This document shows, in pieces, positions 41,820 to 55,547 of a DNA stretch of 64,000 bases. The translations under genes and the position numbers were made by a program. The notes under the pieces are model-generated. The model ran no database searches and was not told the origin of the DNA. It was given only the letters and a program-made list of their open reading frames with translations. Position 1 is the stretch's first letter, and each line of letters starts with the position of its first letter. The stretch is from Octopus vulgaris (taxonomy: Eukaryota): the NCBI GenBank assembly GCA_951406725.2, contig OX597833.1, forward strand, positions 12,896,001-12,960,000. The letters are read 5' to 3'.

Positions 41820-43776
41820 ATGAGACAAAAAGAATAAAGATTTTGAGTTCAACCAGTTTTTCTTACCGTTGTCATCGTTGTTGTAGTTATTATTGCTTCA
41901 CTTGAGGTCATCTCTAACCAAGGTGTTATATGATCAAAGGTATTCCAGGCGTGACCATTCCTGCTTTATTGTTTCGGACACATTGATCTAGCACTGCATC
42001 ATTCAATGTGTTTTTTCCGTTTTTAATGCAGAAGGATGTAATTTGAGGAAGATTTAGTTGCTGTTTCTAGCAAACTGAGCGACTGTATGCAGGCAAACAC
42101 ATCTGTACGAATTGCTTTGACATTTTATGTATGTAGAAATGCCGATGCCCCTTTGACTCAGATTATAGTGAGGTGTTATGTCGATATTAATAATTGTGTA
42201 GGCAAAAGACGAAATACTGGGGAGAGGGGGCAGAAAGAGTGAGCGAAGAGAGAGAGAAGTGAAAGAGAGAAGGTTGGAGGGAATGAGTAAAACCAATTGA
42301 ATCAACAACAATTGAATTGCAATACGCCCGAAGCAGTTATTATTTCGGAATTGGAACGGATGCAAACCAATGTCGATCTATGCGTGAATTTTAATTCAGA
42401 CTGACGACAAACAGGATTAAATATATATTTCTTTACTACCCACAAGGGGCTAAACATAGAGGGGACAAACAAGGACAGACAAAGGGATTAAGTCGATTAC
42501 ATTGACCCCAGTGCGTAACTGGTACTTTATTTACCGACCCCGAGAGGATGAAAGGCAAAGTCGACTTCGGCGGAATTTGAACTCAGAACGTAACGACAGA
42601 CGAAATACCTATTTCTTTACTACCCACAAGGGGCTAAACACAGAGAGGACAAACAAGGACAGACAAACGGATTAAGTCGATTATATCGACCCCAGTGCGT
42701 AACTGGTACTTTATTTATCGACCCCGAGAGGATGAAAGGCAAAGTCGACTTCGGCGGAATTTGAACTCAGAACGTAACGACAGACGAATTACCTATTTCT
42801 TTACTACCCACAAGGGGCTAAACATAGAGGGGACAAACAAGAACAGACAAAGGGATTGAGGAAATTACATCGACTCCCAGTGCGTAACTGGTACTTAATT
42901 TATCGACCACGAAAAGATGAAAGGCAAAGTCGACCTCGGCGGAATTTGAACTCAGAACGTAACGACAGACGAAATACCGCTAAGCATTTCGCCCGGCGTG
43001 CTAACGTTTCTGCCAGCTCGCCGCCTTTTACAGAATTAAATATAGAATTACAGAATTAAATATATATTTCTTTATTTCCCCCAAAAGGGGGTAAACATAG
43101 AGGGGACAAACAAGGACGGACAAAGGGATTAAGTCGATTACATCGACCCAGTGCGTAACTGGTACTTATCTAATCGACCCCGAAAGGATGAAAAGCAATG
43201 TCGGCCTCGGCGGAATTTGAGCTCAGAACGTAAAGACAGACGAAATACCGCTAAGCATTTCGCCCGGCGCGCTAACGTTTCTGCCAGCTCGCCGCCTTTT
43301 ACAGAATTAAATATAGTCGGTCAGAGAGAACTGAAGGGAGCTCTCAATATAGGCTAGTCGGAACTAAAACACCCTCTTCATCAATTTTCCCAATGAATCA
43401 TATAATGAATTATATAACACCTCACTATAATTAGAGTCAAAGGGGCATCGGCATTTCTACATACATAAAATGTCAAAGCAATTCGTACAGATGTGTTTGC
43501 CTGCATACAGTCACTCAGTTTGCTAGAAACATCAACTAAATCTTCCTCAAATTACATCCTTCTGCATTAAAAACGGAAAAACACATTGAATGATGGCAGT
43601 GCTAGATCAATGTGTCCGAAACAATAAAGCAGGAATGGTCACGCCTGGAATACCTTTGATCATATATAACACCTTGGTTAGAGATGACCTCAAGTGAAGC
43701 AACAATAACTATAACAACGGTGACAACAGTAAGAAAAACTGGTTGAACTCAAAATACTTATTCACTTTTGTCTCAT
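41820..43776. repeat. ~360-bp inverted duplication (41820-42179 versus 43414-43776)
   Basis: Near-identical reverse-complement match. Confidence 0.92.
42424..43298 (-). mobile_element. SINE family 2: head plus three 184-bp units (42424-43029), and an adjacent monomer (43064-43298)
   Basis: Unit period 184 bp. Flanking repeat acag(a/g)attaaatata at ~42411, ~43030, ~43050 and ~43301. Confidence 0.92.
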
Positions 43777-43780
43777 TTTT

Positions 43781-44197
43781 GGCGCAGGAGTGGCTGTGTG
43801 GTAAGTAGCTTGCTAACCAACCACATGGTTCCGGGTTCAGTCCCACTGCGTGGCATCTTGGGCAAGTGTCTTCTGCTATAGCCCCGGGCCGACCAATGCC
43901 TTGTGAGTGGATTTGGTAGACGGAAACTGAAAGAAGCCTGTCGTATATATGCATATATGTGTCTGTATGTGTGTGTGTTTGTGTGTCTGTATTTGTTCCC
44001 CTAGCATTGCTTGACAACCGATGCTGGTGTGTTTACGTCCCGGTCACTTAGCGGTTCGGCAAAAAGAGACCGATAGAATAAGTACTGGGCTTACAAAAAG
44101 AATAAGTGCCGGGGTCGAGTTGCTCGACTAAAGGCGGTGCTCCAGCATGGCCGCAGTCAAATGACTGAAACAAGTAAAAGAGTAAAGAATAAAGAGT
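43781..44197 (+). mobile_element. SINE family 1, full length
   Basis: Family consensus match. Confidence 0.92.
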
Positions 44198-44547
44198 ATA
44201 TAATTTTCCCAATGAATCATATAAGAAGATTTTCTTTTCCGTGGATAGACGTAAAGCTCGAAATTCATTGCGAAGAGGAAATAGGAATCCCCCTTTCTCA
44301 GTGACTGCGAACGGATTTCGATTATCGATTCGTGACGCTGCAAGTTAGAGTGGCAATACCAGCCGGTCGTGTGATGACGTAATGACAGTTACTTGGTGAC
44401 GTCACTGCTGTCGATAACGGTGTTACAATTGGCTAACTGATCTGTCTGCGAAGATGGAAGTTATTTGTCGTGCTTGAAATGTGATGAGATAAATTAATCT
44501 ATTTGGCCATATTTCGCTTATGACGTCAGCAGGATAGTTAAGTAATG

Positions 44548-44930
44548 GAGGCGCAATGGCCCAGTGGTTAGGGCAGCTAACTCGCGGTCATAGGATCGCG
44601 GTTTCGATTCCCAGACCGGGCGTTGTGAGTGTTTATTGAGCGAAAACACCTAAAAGCTCCACGAGTCTCCGGCAGGGGATGGTGGTGATCCCTGCTGTAC
44701 TCTTTCACCACAACTTTCTCTCACTCTTACTTCCTGTTTCTGTTGTACCTGTATTTCAAAGGGCCGGCCTTGTCACTCTCTGTGTCACGCTGAATATCCC
44801 CCGAGAACAACGTTAAGGGTGCACGTGTCTGTGGAGTGCTCAGCCACTTGCACGTTAATTTCACGAGCAGGCTGTTCCGTTGATTCGGATCAACCGGAAC
44901 CCTCATCGTCGTAACCGACGGAGTGCTTCC
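44548..44930 (+). mobile_element. SINE family 3, full length
   Basis: tRNA-like head. 12-bp TSD agttaagtaatg at 44536-44547 and 44931-44942. Confidence 0.92.
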
Positions 44931-45026
44931 AGTTAAGTAATGAATTTTCTTAGCCATATAGAATGACGATGTTACCTGGTTATATAATGATGCCAGTTGT
45001 GTTAGGTGTGATGTTGACTACTGTAA

Positions 45027-45945
45027 AGGTGCGTGGGTTAGTGATTAAGAGCATTCGGTTCACGGTCGTAAGGTCGTGAGTTCGATTTCCGGTGACGCGT
45101 TAAGTCCTTGAGCAAGACACTTCGTTTCACGTTGCTCCAGTCCACTCAGCTGCCAAAAAGGAGTAGTACCTATTTCTTTACTACCCACAAGGGGCTAAAC
45201 ACAGAGAGGACAAACAAGGATAGACAAACGGGATTAAGTCGATTACAACGACCCCAGTGCGTAACTGGTACTTAATTTATCGACCCCGAAGGATGAAAGG
45301 CAAAGTCAACCTCGGTGGAATTTGAACTCAGAACGTAACGGCAGACGAAATACCTATTTCTTTACTACCCACAAGGGGCTAAACACAGAGAGGACAAACA
45401 AGGACAGACAAAGGGATTAAGTCGATTATATCGACCCCAGTGCGTAACTGGTCCTTAATTTAACGACCTCGGCGGAATTTGAACTCAGAACGTAACGGCA
45501 GATGAAATACCTGTTTCTTTACTACCCACAAGGGGATAAACACAGGGAGGAGAAACAAAGAGAGACAAACGGATTAAGTGGATTACATCGACCCCAATGC
45601 GTAACTGGTCCTTAATTCATCGACCCCGAAGGATGAAAGGCAAAGTCGACCTCGGCGGAATTTGAACTCAGAACGTAACGGCAGACGAAATACCGCTAAG
45701 CATTTCGCCCAGTGTGCTAACGATTCTGCCAGCTCGCCACCTTAAAAATACAGGTACTACGCCTTAAAAATGAATAGTACCTGTATTTCAAAGGACCAGC
45801 CTTGTCAGAGACTGTGTCACGCTGCGTTAAGGGTACTACGTGTCTGCGGAGAGCTCAGCCACTTGCACGTTAATTTCACGAACAGGCTGTTTCGTTGATG
45901 GGATCGACTGGAACCCTCGTCGTCGCAACCGACGGAGTACCAGTT
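45027..45945 (+). mobile_element. SINE family 3-related copy interrupted by a family 2 array
   Basis: Head at 45027-45170, tail at 45765-45945. Target ..tagtacct is duplicated. Confidence 0.8.
45168..45743 (-). mobile_element. SINE family 2: head plus three tandem units
   Basis: Repeated units with aaatacc|tatttc junctions. Confidence 0.92.
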
Positions 45946-46032
45946 TTATTTACTAGAAAGGTAGTGATGTTATGGTGGCTTCTCGAAGCCGGTAAAGACG
46001 GTTGTTATTTCTTACTGAACAACCTGCACAAA

Positions 46033-46211
46033 AGGCGCAGGAGTGGCTGTGAGGTAAGTAGCTTGCTTACCAACCACATGGTTCCGGGTTCAGTCCCACT
46101 GCGTAGCACTTTGGGCAAGTGTCTTCTACTATAACCTCGGGCCGACCAAAGCCTTGTGAGTGGATTTCGTTGACGGAAACTGAAAGAAGCTTATCGTATA
46201 TATGTGTATAT

Positions 46212-46309
<98 letters not shown>

Positions 46310-46524
46310 TGTGTGTGTGTGTGTGTGTGTTTGTCCCCTAACATCGCTTGACAAACGATGCTGGTGTGTTTACGTCCCCGTAAATTAGCGGTTGAGCAAC
46401 AGAGACCGATAGAATAAGTACTTCCAAAGGCTTCCAAAGAATATGTCCTGGGGTTGATTTGCTCGACTAAAGGCGGTGCTCCAGCAGGGCCGCAGACAAA
46501 TGATTGAAACAAGTAAAAGAGTAA
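46033..46524 (+). mobile_element. SINE family 1
   Basis: Family consensus match. Confidence 0.9.
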
Positions 46525-46544
46525 ATGTTTGTATTGTACATTAA

Positions 46545-46728
46545 GTCACTTCCTCTATCAAATTGATATTTTCTGTGATGGTGCACGGCGTGCCACACGT
46601 CAAATGAGGAAGCGATCGCAGAGCAAAGTGGCATGAACTGTTTTGCTTAGGAATACAACCCAAGGCCCGGTCTAGGAATCGAAACCACGATTTCGTGATC
46701 GTGAGTGCGACATCACTAGGCCATGCAC

Positions 46729-46730
<2 letters not shown>
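46545..46730 (-). mobile_element. Diverged tRNA-derived SINE
   Basis: Minus strand gggtgcatggcctagtg...gtggtttcgattcctagaccggg. Confidence 0.6.
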
Positions 46731-46804
<74 letters not shown>

Positions 46805-46812
<8 letters not shown>

Positions 46813-47204
46813 ATGTTTCAGTCATTTTGACTGCGGCCATACTGCCGCACCGCCTTTAGTCGGACAAATCGACTCCAGAACTTATTCTTTGTAAACCTAG
46901 TACTAATTCTATCGGTTTCTTTTGCCGAACCGCTAATTTACGGGGACGTAAACACACCAGCATCGGTTGTCAAGCGATGCTGGGGGGACAAACACAGACA
47001 CACAAACACACACACACACACACACACAGAAACATATATACAACGGGTTTCTTTCAGTTTCCGTCTACCAAATCCACCCACAAGGCTTTGGTCGGCCCGA
47101 GGCTATAGTAGAAGACACTTGCCCAAAGTGCCACGGAGTGGGACTGAACCCGGAACCATGTGGTTGGTAAGCAAGCTACTTATCACACAGCCACTCCTAC
47201 GCCT
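46805..47204 (-). mobile_element. SINE family 1
   Basis: Family consensus match. Confidence 0.9.
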
Positions 47205-47239
47205 ATATATATATATATATGAGTACATAATTAATGAAT

Positions 47240-47633
47240 TCAAATTTTGGTTCAGGGCCAACAATTTTAGGGGAGGGGTTAAGTCAATTACATTGACCTC
47301 CATGCTAAACTGGTATTTCTTTTGTCGACCTTGAAAGGACGAAAGGCAAAGTTGACAACGGCAGAATTTGAACTCAGACTGTAAAAACAGACGAAATACC
47401 TATTTCTTTATTACCCACAAGGGGCTAAACACAAAGGGGACAATCAAGGACAGACACACGGGTTAAGTCGATTACATCGACCCCAGTGCGTAACTTGTAC
47501 TTATTTAATCGACCCCGAAAGGATGAAAGGCAAAGTCGACTTCGGCGGAATTTGAACTCAGAACGTAACGGCAGACGAAATACTGCTAAGCATTTTGCCA
47601 GGCGCGGTAACGACTCTGCCAAGTTGCCGCCTT
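47240..47633 (-). mobile_element. SINE family 2: young unit joined to an older-variant unit
   Basis: Junction at ~47400. The distal unit has the older tail type. Confidence 0.85.
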
Positions 47634-47760
47634 TGTATGCATAATTAATGACAATAGTTAATTAATGGGGTAATTTCAGCTGGTAAAATAATAACCATAG
47701 AAGAAGTAACATAATGACCTCAGAGAGAAAAGTTGGCAGGCAGCTTACGATGGTATTATA

Positions 47761-47998
47761 AGGCGGTGAGCTGGCAGAACCGTTAGCACGCCGGGCGAAA
47801 TGATTAGCGGTATTTCGTCTGCCGTTATGTTCTGAGTTCAAATTCCGCCGAAGTCAACTTTGCCTTTCATCCTTTCGGGGTTGATTAAATAAGTACCAGT
47901 TACGCACTAGGGTCGATGTAATCGACTTAATCCGTTTGTCTGTCCATGTTTGTCCCCTCTGTGTTTAGCCCCTTGTGGGTAGTAAAGAAATAGGTATT
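47761..47998 (+). mobile_element. SINE family 2 monomer
   Basis: A-box tggcagaaccg, B-box gttcaaatt, ends aaagaaataggtatt. Confidence 0.92.
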
Positions 47999-48149
47999 TT
48001 TTTGTGAGAGTGTGAGGCTAGCTGCTAAGATGTGAGATGGAAAAATAAAGCGCCGTTGTCCATATAAGGACGCTAGTTGGGAAGCTAATAACATTAGTTT
48101 GCTAGACACCGAAGTCAGCAGGTCAGATAAGCTACTCCATTAGCTCGGG

Positions 48150-49460
48150 AGACACAGAGATAGGAAGTATGTGGTGACGTTAGATGTTAATTGTTCAGAC
48201 ACATTATCAGGCAATCAAATGATGTTAGCTTGTTAGTGACGTCAGTTTCTTGGATGACGTTGTCAGCTTGTTAATAGTGAAGTCGCCTTGTAAGATAGTG
48301 ACGTCAGCTGAAATGATTATGATGTGAAATATTGAGACATTAACTGGCTAGCGAGTGGCATTAGGTTGATTAACTGGCGATGGTAGCTTGTCAGTGATTT
48401 CTGTTTGTTAGATAGTGACGTCAGCTTGAGAGATAGTGTCGTCGGTTCGTCAGATAGTGAGGTCGTGACGTCATCTTGTTAGGCAGTGACGACGGCTTGC
48501 TAGATCGTGACGTCAGCATTTTAACGACATCCTGGTAGTGAGGATAACTGGCAAGGTATTGTTCAGGTTAAGGCGGCGAGCTGGCAGAATCGTTAGCACA
48601 CCGGGCGAAATGCTTTGCGGTATTTCGTCTGCCGCTACGTTCTGAGTTCAAATTCCGCTGGGGTCGACTTTGCCTTTCATCCTTTCGGGGTCAATTAAAT
48701 AAGTACCAGTTACGCACTGGCGTCGATATAATCGACTTAATCCGTTTGTCTGTCCTCGTTTGTCCCCACTGTGTTTGGCCCCTTGTGGGTAGTAAAGCAA
48801 TAGGTATTTCGTCTGCCGATACGTTCTGAGTTCAAATTCCGCCGAGGTCGACTTTGCCTTTCATCCTTTCGGGGTCGATTAAATAAGTACCAGTTACGCA
48901 CGGGGGTCGATATAATCGACTTAATCCGTTTGTCTGTCCTTGTTTGTCCCCTCTGTGTTTAGCCCCTTGTGGGTAGTAAAGAAATAGGTATTGTTAAGGT
49001 ATTGAGAAGACACTGACAATCGCATGACAAAATTGTCAGTCAGACAGTGACATCAGCCAGAATAATAATGACGTCACTTGCCCGGGTACAAAGAGAGGCA
49101 TTAGCTAGCTAGCTAGCAAGCAAGCTAGCGGGCAACCTATCGAGCAAGCTAGCGAGCAAGCTTGGCGAACAAGCTAGCCAGCAACAAATATTAAATTGTT
49201 AGTTCGGTAGGGAAGCCAGCCGGCATGATAATGTCTTAGTCGTTCAGGTAGATTCATGGGACAGCAAACAATTGACATTAACTTGTTAGATTGTGACGTC
49301 AGGTGATAGGTTAATGACGTCACTAGATCAAGTTGAGACGTTAGGTGGCGAGCAAGAGGCATTAACCTGTTAGTGACGTCTATTGCTACGATAATGACGT
49401 CAGTTGTTTCGGTAGAGACGTTAACGGGCAAGCGAGTGACATTAACTTGTTAGATAAATA
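48150..49460. repeat. Degenerate ~21-bp minisatellite rich in TGACGTCA, interrupted by a SINE
   Basis: Unit approximately ttgttagatagtgacgtcagc. Nine perfect TGACGTCA between 48237 and 49402. Confidence 0.7.
48571..48990 (+). mobile_element. SINE family 2: head plus two units
   Basis: TSD aggtattgtt(c/a)aggt at 48554-48568 and 48986-49000. Confidence 0.92.
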
Positions 49461-49582
49461 AATGGATAAAAGCGAGCAATTACTTGTTTAGCGTTTCTAT
49501 TGATTTTCTTTTGTGGCGGTTTGTGTCTGTGTGTTTGTATGAATATTTGTGTGTACGTACATTTGGCTGTTGTGTATATATT

Positions 49583-49640
49583 TAAGAGAGAATGAGAGAG
49601 AAAAGAAGATGTGGAAGGAAAGAAAGAGAGAAAGAGAGTG

Positions 49641-49676
<36 letters not shown>

Positions 49677-50750
49677 TGAGAGAAAGAAAGAAAGATAGAG
49701 AACGAGTCAGAGAGAAACGAATAAAACGAGAGAGAGAGAGAGAACAAGAGAGAGAGAGGAGAGAGAGAGAGAGATTGGGAGGAAGAAAACGAGAGAGAAG
49801 GCGAGTGAGATAAAGCAGGTGAGAGAGAAAGAGAGAGATAGAGAGAGAAATGAGGAGAAAGACAAAGAAAGAAAGAGAAGGCAAGTGAGAGAAAACAGGT
49901 GGGTGAGAGAGAAATGGGGAGAAAAGAAGATAAGGAAGAAAAGAGAGGAAGAGAGTGAACGAGAGAGAGAGAGAAGGGGGAGAGAGAGAAAGAGTGTGAG
50001 AGAAAAAGAGATATAGAGAGAGAAATGAGGAGAAAGACAAACAAAGAGAGAGAAAGCAGGTGAGAGAGAGAGAGAAATGGGGAGAAAGACAAAGTAAGAG
50101 AGAGAAGGCGAGAGAAAGCAGGTGAGAGAGAAAGAGAGAGAAATGGGGAGAAAGAAAAGGAGAGAGAAAAGAAGATAATGAAGGAAAGAAAGAGAGGAAG
50201 AGAGTGAATGAGGGAGGGAGAGAGAGAAAGGAGGGAGGGAGAGAGAGAAAGGAGGGAGGGAGAGAGAGAGAGAAAGGATGGAGGGAGAGAGAGAAAGGAG
50301 GGAAGAAGAGAGAGGCAAAGGAGGGAGGGAGAGAGAGAGAAAGGAGAGAGAAAGGAGGGATGGAGACAGAGAGAGAAAGGAGGGAGGGAGAGAGAGAGAG
50401 AAAGGAGAGAGAAAGGAGGGAGGGAGAGAGAGAGAAAGTAGGGAGAGTGTCAATGGGAGAGAGAGAAAGAATTAGAGAAAGAAAGATAGAGAGCGAGTAA
50501 GAGAGAACAAGAGAGAGAGAGAGAGTTTGGGAAGAAGACAACGAAAGAGGGAGAAGGTGAGTGAGATAAAGTAGGAGAGAGAGAAAAAGAGAGAGAGAGA
50601 GAGAGAGAGAGAAATAGGGAGAAAGAAAAAGAAAGCGAAGGCGAGTGAGAGAAAGCGGGTGAGAGGGAGACGGAGAGAAAGAGAGAAAGACTGGGATAGA
50701 GACAGTGAGAGGGAGAGACAAAGAGAGCGAGCAAGAGAGAGAACGAGCGG
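49583..50750. repeat. ~1.2-kb polypurine (GA-rich) low-complexity tract with internal duplications
   Basis: Seen directly. Confidence 0.95.
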
Positions 50751-50919
50751 TAAGGTTGATAGTATGTGTGTCTGTGTGTCTGTGTGTGTGTGTTTGTGTA
50801 TGTGTATGTGTGTGTCTGCCTGCGCGTGTGTGTGAGTATGTGTGAGTTGTGTTGGTGTTTGTGTGATTTCCGTATTACTACGTCAGCACTTCTGTTCATA
50901 TGCTTGTGTCTACACATGG

Positions 50920-50962
<43 letters not shown>

Positions 50963-51073
50963 TGTGTGTGTGTATAAACATGCGTTTGTATTTGTGTCTG
51001 CATATATACAGGTACATGCGTGTCTGTTATTTCTTTGTGTATGCATCCATGTGTGATTTCATGCGTGCCTGTG

Positions 51074-51680
51074 AGTGGTGAGCTGGCAGAAACGTTAGCA
51101 CGCCGGGCGAAATGCTTAGCGGTATTTCGTCTGTCTTTATGTTCTGAGTTCAAATTCCGCCGAGGTCGACTTTGCCTTTCATCCTTTCGGGGTCGATAAA
51201 TTAAGTACCAGTTACGTACTGGGGTCGATGTAATCGACTTAATCCGTTTGTCTGTCTTTGTTTGTCTCCTCTGTGTTTAGCCCCTTGTGGGTAGTAAAGA
51301 AATAGGTATTTCGTCTGCCTTTATGTTCTGAGTTCAAATTCCGCCGAGGTCGACTTTGCCTTTCATTCTTTCGGTGTCGATAAATTAAGTAGCACTTATG
51401 CATTGGGGTGGATGTAATCGACTTAATCCCTTTGTCTGCCCTTGTTTGTCCCCTTTATGTTAAGCCCCTTGTGGGCAATACAGAAATCAGAAACGTTAGC
51501 ACGCCGGGCGAAACGCTTATCGGTATTTCGTCTGTCTTTACGTTCTGAGTTCAAATTACACCGAAGTCGACTTAGCCTTTCATCTTTTCGGGGTCGATAA
51601 ATTAAGTACCAGTTGCGTACAGGGGTCGATCTAATCGACTGCACCCCCTCCCTCAAAATTTCGTGCCTAGAGCAGAAATA
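51074..51680 (+). mobile_element. SINE family 2 array (two young units plus an older-variant copy)
   Basis: Junctions at ~51305 and ~51487. Confidence 0.9.
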
Positions 51681-51794
51681 TATATATGTGTGTGCGTGTG
51701 TGTGTGTGTGCGCGCGCGCTGTGTGTGTAAGTCGTCTAAGAGACCATAAGTCAGGAAAAGAATACACTCGTATATCTTTCAATAGATTGGGTGT

Positions 51795-52039
51795 ATTATC
51801 CGAAGTGTCCAGTATTATGTATCCATTACGGTCGATTTTACCGATCAGTTTCGCACTAGGGATTCAACGGAATGTTAGGTAACAATCCGATTATGTATCC
51901 CTACTCTCCATATCGGCTACCTCTGATGAGCGAAGAATTAGATAATCGGATTGTTACCTAACACTCCGTTGAATCCCTAGCGTGAAACCGATTGGTAAGA
52001 TTGGCCTTAATGGATATATAATACTGTACAATTCGGATA

Positions 52040-52041
<2 letters not shown>
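51795..52041. repeat. Fold-back with ~100-bp arms
   Basis: 51795-51894 versus 51942-52041. Confidence 0.88.
51915..52006 (+). ncRNA. Partly decayed type-I hammerhead motif
   Basis: ct-CTGATGA-gcg...cgt-GAAAC-cgat(t/c)g-GTA-ag. Comparing the two arms gives palindromic ACCGATCGGT. Confidence 0.55.
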
Positions 52042-52074
<33 letters not shown>

Positions 52075-52158
52075 TGTATGTATGTATGTATGTATGTATG
52101 TATGTATGTATGTATGTATGTATGTATGTATGTGTGTGTATGTATGTATGTATGTATG

Positions 52159-52217
<59 letters not shown>

Positions 52218-52222
<5 letters not shown>

Positions 52223-52928
52223 ACAAAATGGGACAAGAACGCAAAACATCTGGACAGTTAGGTGATACAAAAATGGGACAACAAAACATCCAGATAGACG
52301 ATAGACGATACAAAGAAAACAAGGACGGGTCATTCGAAGTTTTCTTTCCTCAGTCAAGTACCAGATTATCTTCGCAATTTCGGCTGATTATGCTTGAGAT
52401 TGCTCCAATCTGGCCAGCCCCAAGGAAAAACTAAGTAAAGAGTATTAGATTCCTTGGAAGGAAGCAGCGAATGTATACAAAAACAAGGACGGGAAAAAAA
52501 GGACGATGTTACACAAATACAATAAAAATAATAACAGTAATTTCTTCGTCTGCCGCAAAGGCATTTATTTCCAAATACGCCAGCTAAGATAAGTTAAAGT
52601 GTCTAAAGTCGTAAGACACCCGCTGTTTTTGTCCTGTTATTACTATTCTTGTTTTTTATTTTTATTTTTGTTTCTTGTATTTATATTCGTGTGGCATCGT
52701 CCGTTTTTCTGTCCTTGTTTCGTATACATTCGATCCTTTTTTCCAAGAAATCTGATGCTCGTAGCTTAGTTTTTCCTTGGGGCTGGCCGGATCGGAGCGA
52801 TATCAGGATTAACCAGCCGAAATTCCTAAGATGATCCGGTTCCTGACTGAAGATTAGAGGCTTCGAATGACCCGTCTGTTTTTTTGTGTCGTCTCTTTGT
52901 GTGGTTTGCGTTCTTGTCCCCTTTTGTA
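52218..52928. repeat. Diverged inverted repeat pair, ~300-bp arms
   Basis: 52218-52530 versus 52660-52928, flanked by (TA)n on both sides. Confidence 0.8.
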
Positions 52929-52940
52929 ATTTTATATATA

Positions 52941-52998
<58 letters not shown>

Positions 52999-53064
52999 TT
53001 TAAAAGAGTTTGATTCGGTTGTGTACTACTTGAAGTTTCGCAGGCATGGAGTCCGAACCTTGTA

Positions 53065-53290
53065 TACAAGGTCGTGTTGAAAAGTTCCTTGCTTTAAGGG
53101 TGTCGCGAAAGGACTGGTCGGAGGCCCAGCTTTCCGAATTCTTTTGCTAAAAAGAATTGAAGGACTGCTACAATAAATATAAATTCGTAAACCTGATCGG
53201 GGAATACGTTGAAGAGAATCGTAATTAACTGACGCTTCTGTGTTTTCTTTGAAAAAAAGGCCAGGGATTTTACAGCACTCCCATCGTGTG
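53065..53290. mobile_element. Decayed mariner-type MITE
   Basis: Imperfect TIRs ta-caaggtcgtgttgaaaagttcctt / ccagggattttacagcactcccatcg. Confidence 0.45.
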
Positions 53291-53899
53291 TGTGTGTGCC
53301 TCTGTGTGTGTGTACATGCGTGCGCGTGTGTGCATGCGTGTGCGTACGTGTATGCACCAGAGTGCGTGTGCGTATGTGTACGTGTGCGTGCGTGCGTGCG
53401 TGTGCGTGAGTGTGTGTGCGTACATATATGTATGTGTGTGTATGCGTGCGTGTGCGTATATGGGCGCGCGTGTGTGTGCGTGCTTTTGTGCATGTGCATG
53501 TGCGTGCATGTGTGTGTGTGTGTTTGTGCATGTGCATATGCGTGCATCTGTGTGTGCGTGTGTGTGTGTATGTGTGTGTGCATATGCGTGCGTGTGTATG
53601 TGTGTGTGCGTGTGTGTGTATGTGTGCGTGCGTGTGTGTATGTGTATGTGTGTGTGTGTAGACCAACTGTGAGCATGCCATAAACTGCAGTGTTCTTCTA
53701 GAAAAGGTATCACGCTTTGACGTTTGAAGCATACGTCCATGTTAAGTTGGATGTATGGATTGCTATTTGCGACCAATAATTGCTTCCTTCGACAATCTCT
53801 AGTCTTTTTATCCTCGTCTCGCAGAAGAACGAATGACCGAAACGTAAAAGACCTAAGTTTCCCAAATTTAAGTCTAGTATACGCTATTTCTCTTTTGTT

Positions 53900-54188
53900 C
53901 TTTTATTTGTTTCAGTTATTGGACTGCGGCCATGCTGGAGCACAACCTTCAAGGGTTTTAGTCGAACAAATCGACCCCAGGACTTATTAAACCTAGTACT
54001 TATTCTATCAATCTCTTTTGCTGAACCGTTAAGTTACGGTTACGTAAACACACCTGCACGGTTGTCAAGCGGTGATGGGGGACAAACGCAAACACGAAGG
54101 CACATATACATATATATATATAAATACGACGGGCTTCTTTCAGTTTTCCTCTACCAAATCCACTCACGCATATACACATCCGTGTATG

Positions 54189-54258
<70 letters not shown>

Positions 54259-54425
54259 TGTGTGTGAACGAGGGGCTTCTTTCAGTTTCTGTCCACCAAA
54301 TCCACTAACGAGGCCCATGGTTGGCCCATGGCTATAGTAGAAACACCTGCCCATGGTACCACGTGGTGGGACTGAATCCGAAACCATGTGGTTGGGAAGC
54401 AAAGCTTCTTACCACCCACGCTTGT
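53900..54425 (-). mobile_element. Diverged SINE family 1 with internal duplication
   Basis: The block gggcttctttcagttt...ccaaatccact occurs twice. Confidence 0.8.
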
Positions 54426-54427
54426 AC

Positions 54428-54659
<232 letters not shown>

Positions 54660-54680
54660 TATATACATATATATATATAC

Positions 54681-54762
<82 letters not shown>

Positions 54763-54919
54763 TAAATTTGAATAATGAAATTGAATATTAATTTAATTAA
54801 CCTCAATTTAAAACCAGTAGCCTAGCATATGGAAAAATCTGAAAATTCAGAAAAATTGTAATACAAGCGTATAATAAGGGATGACCACTATTATACGCAT
54901 GTATATATATATATATATA

Positions 54920-54971
<52 letters not shown>

Positions 54972-55467
54972 GTAAATATATGTATGCACGTGGGGGTGAA
55001 TTCTCCTTCGGTATGGAAAGTATACGAAAATCTTAATTGCGCGTTCATAGCTGTAATTATTTTATTCAAATTTCATTTTTTAATTGGTTGGTGTTATCTG
55101 TTTAGATCGCTGTAAAGTTGATCTTTTTTTTTATCTTTAAATAAATTATTGATTTTTAAAAATGTATTCGTTTCTTTGTATGATAACAGACATATTGCTC
55201 TTGTCTCTCTTCCATATGTGGTTGTTATGTTTTAAGACAAGTAGTGTCTCGTTTGAGGCTCTTCTGCCAAATTTGGTTATTCTTCCGTGGGTATTTAATT
55301 TTATTATACACGCCAGCTGAATACGGTGCTCCGGTGTATTATCATGGATGATTAGAACGTTTCTTCTTCAGATTTTGGAAGTATTGGTATACTAGTTAAA
55401 TTTTCAGCTTCTTTATCTGTTTAATCATAGTATGATTTGGGTGGAAATTAGTACCATTAGTGAGAAT

Positions 55468-55540
<73 letters not shown>

Positions 55541-55547
<7 letters not shown>

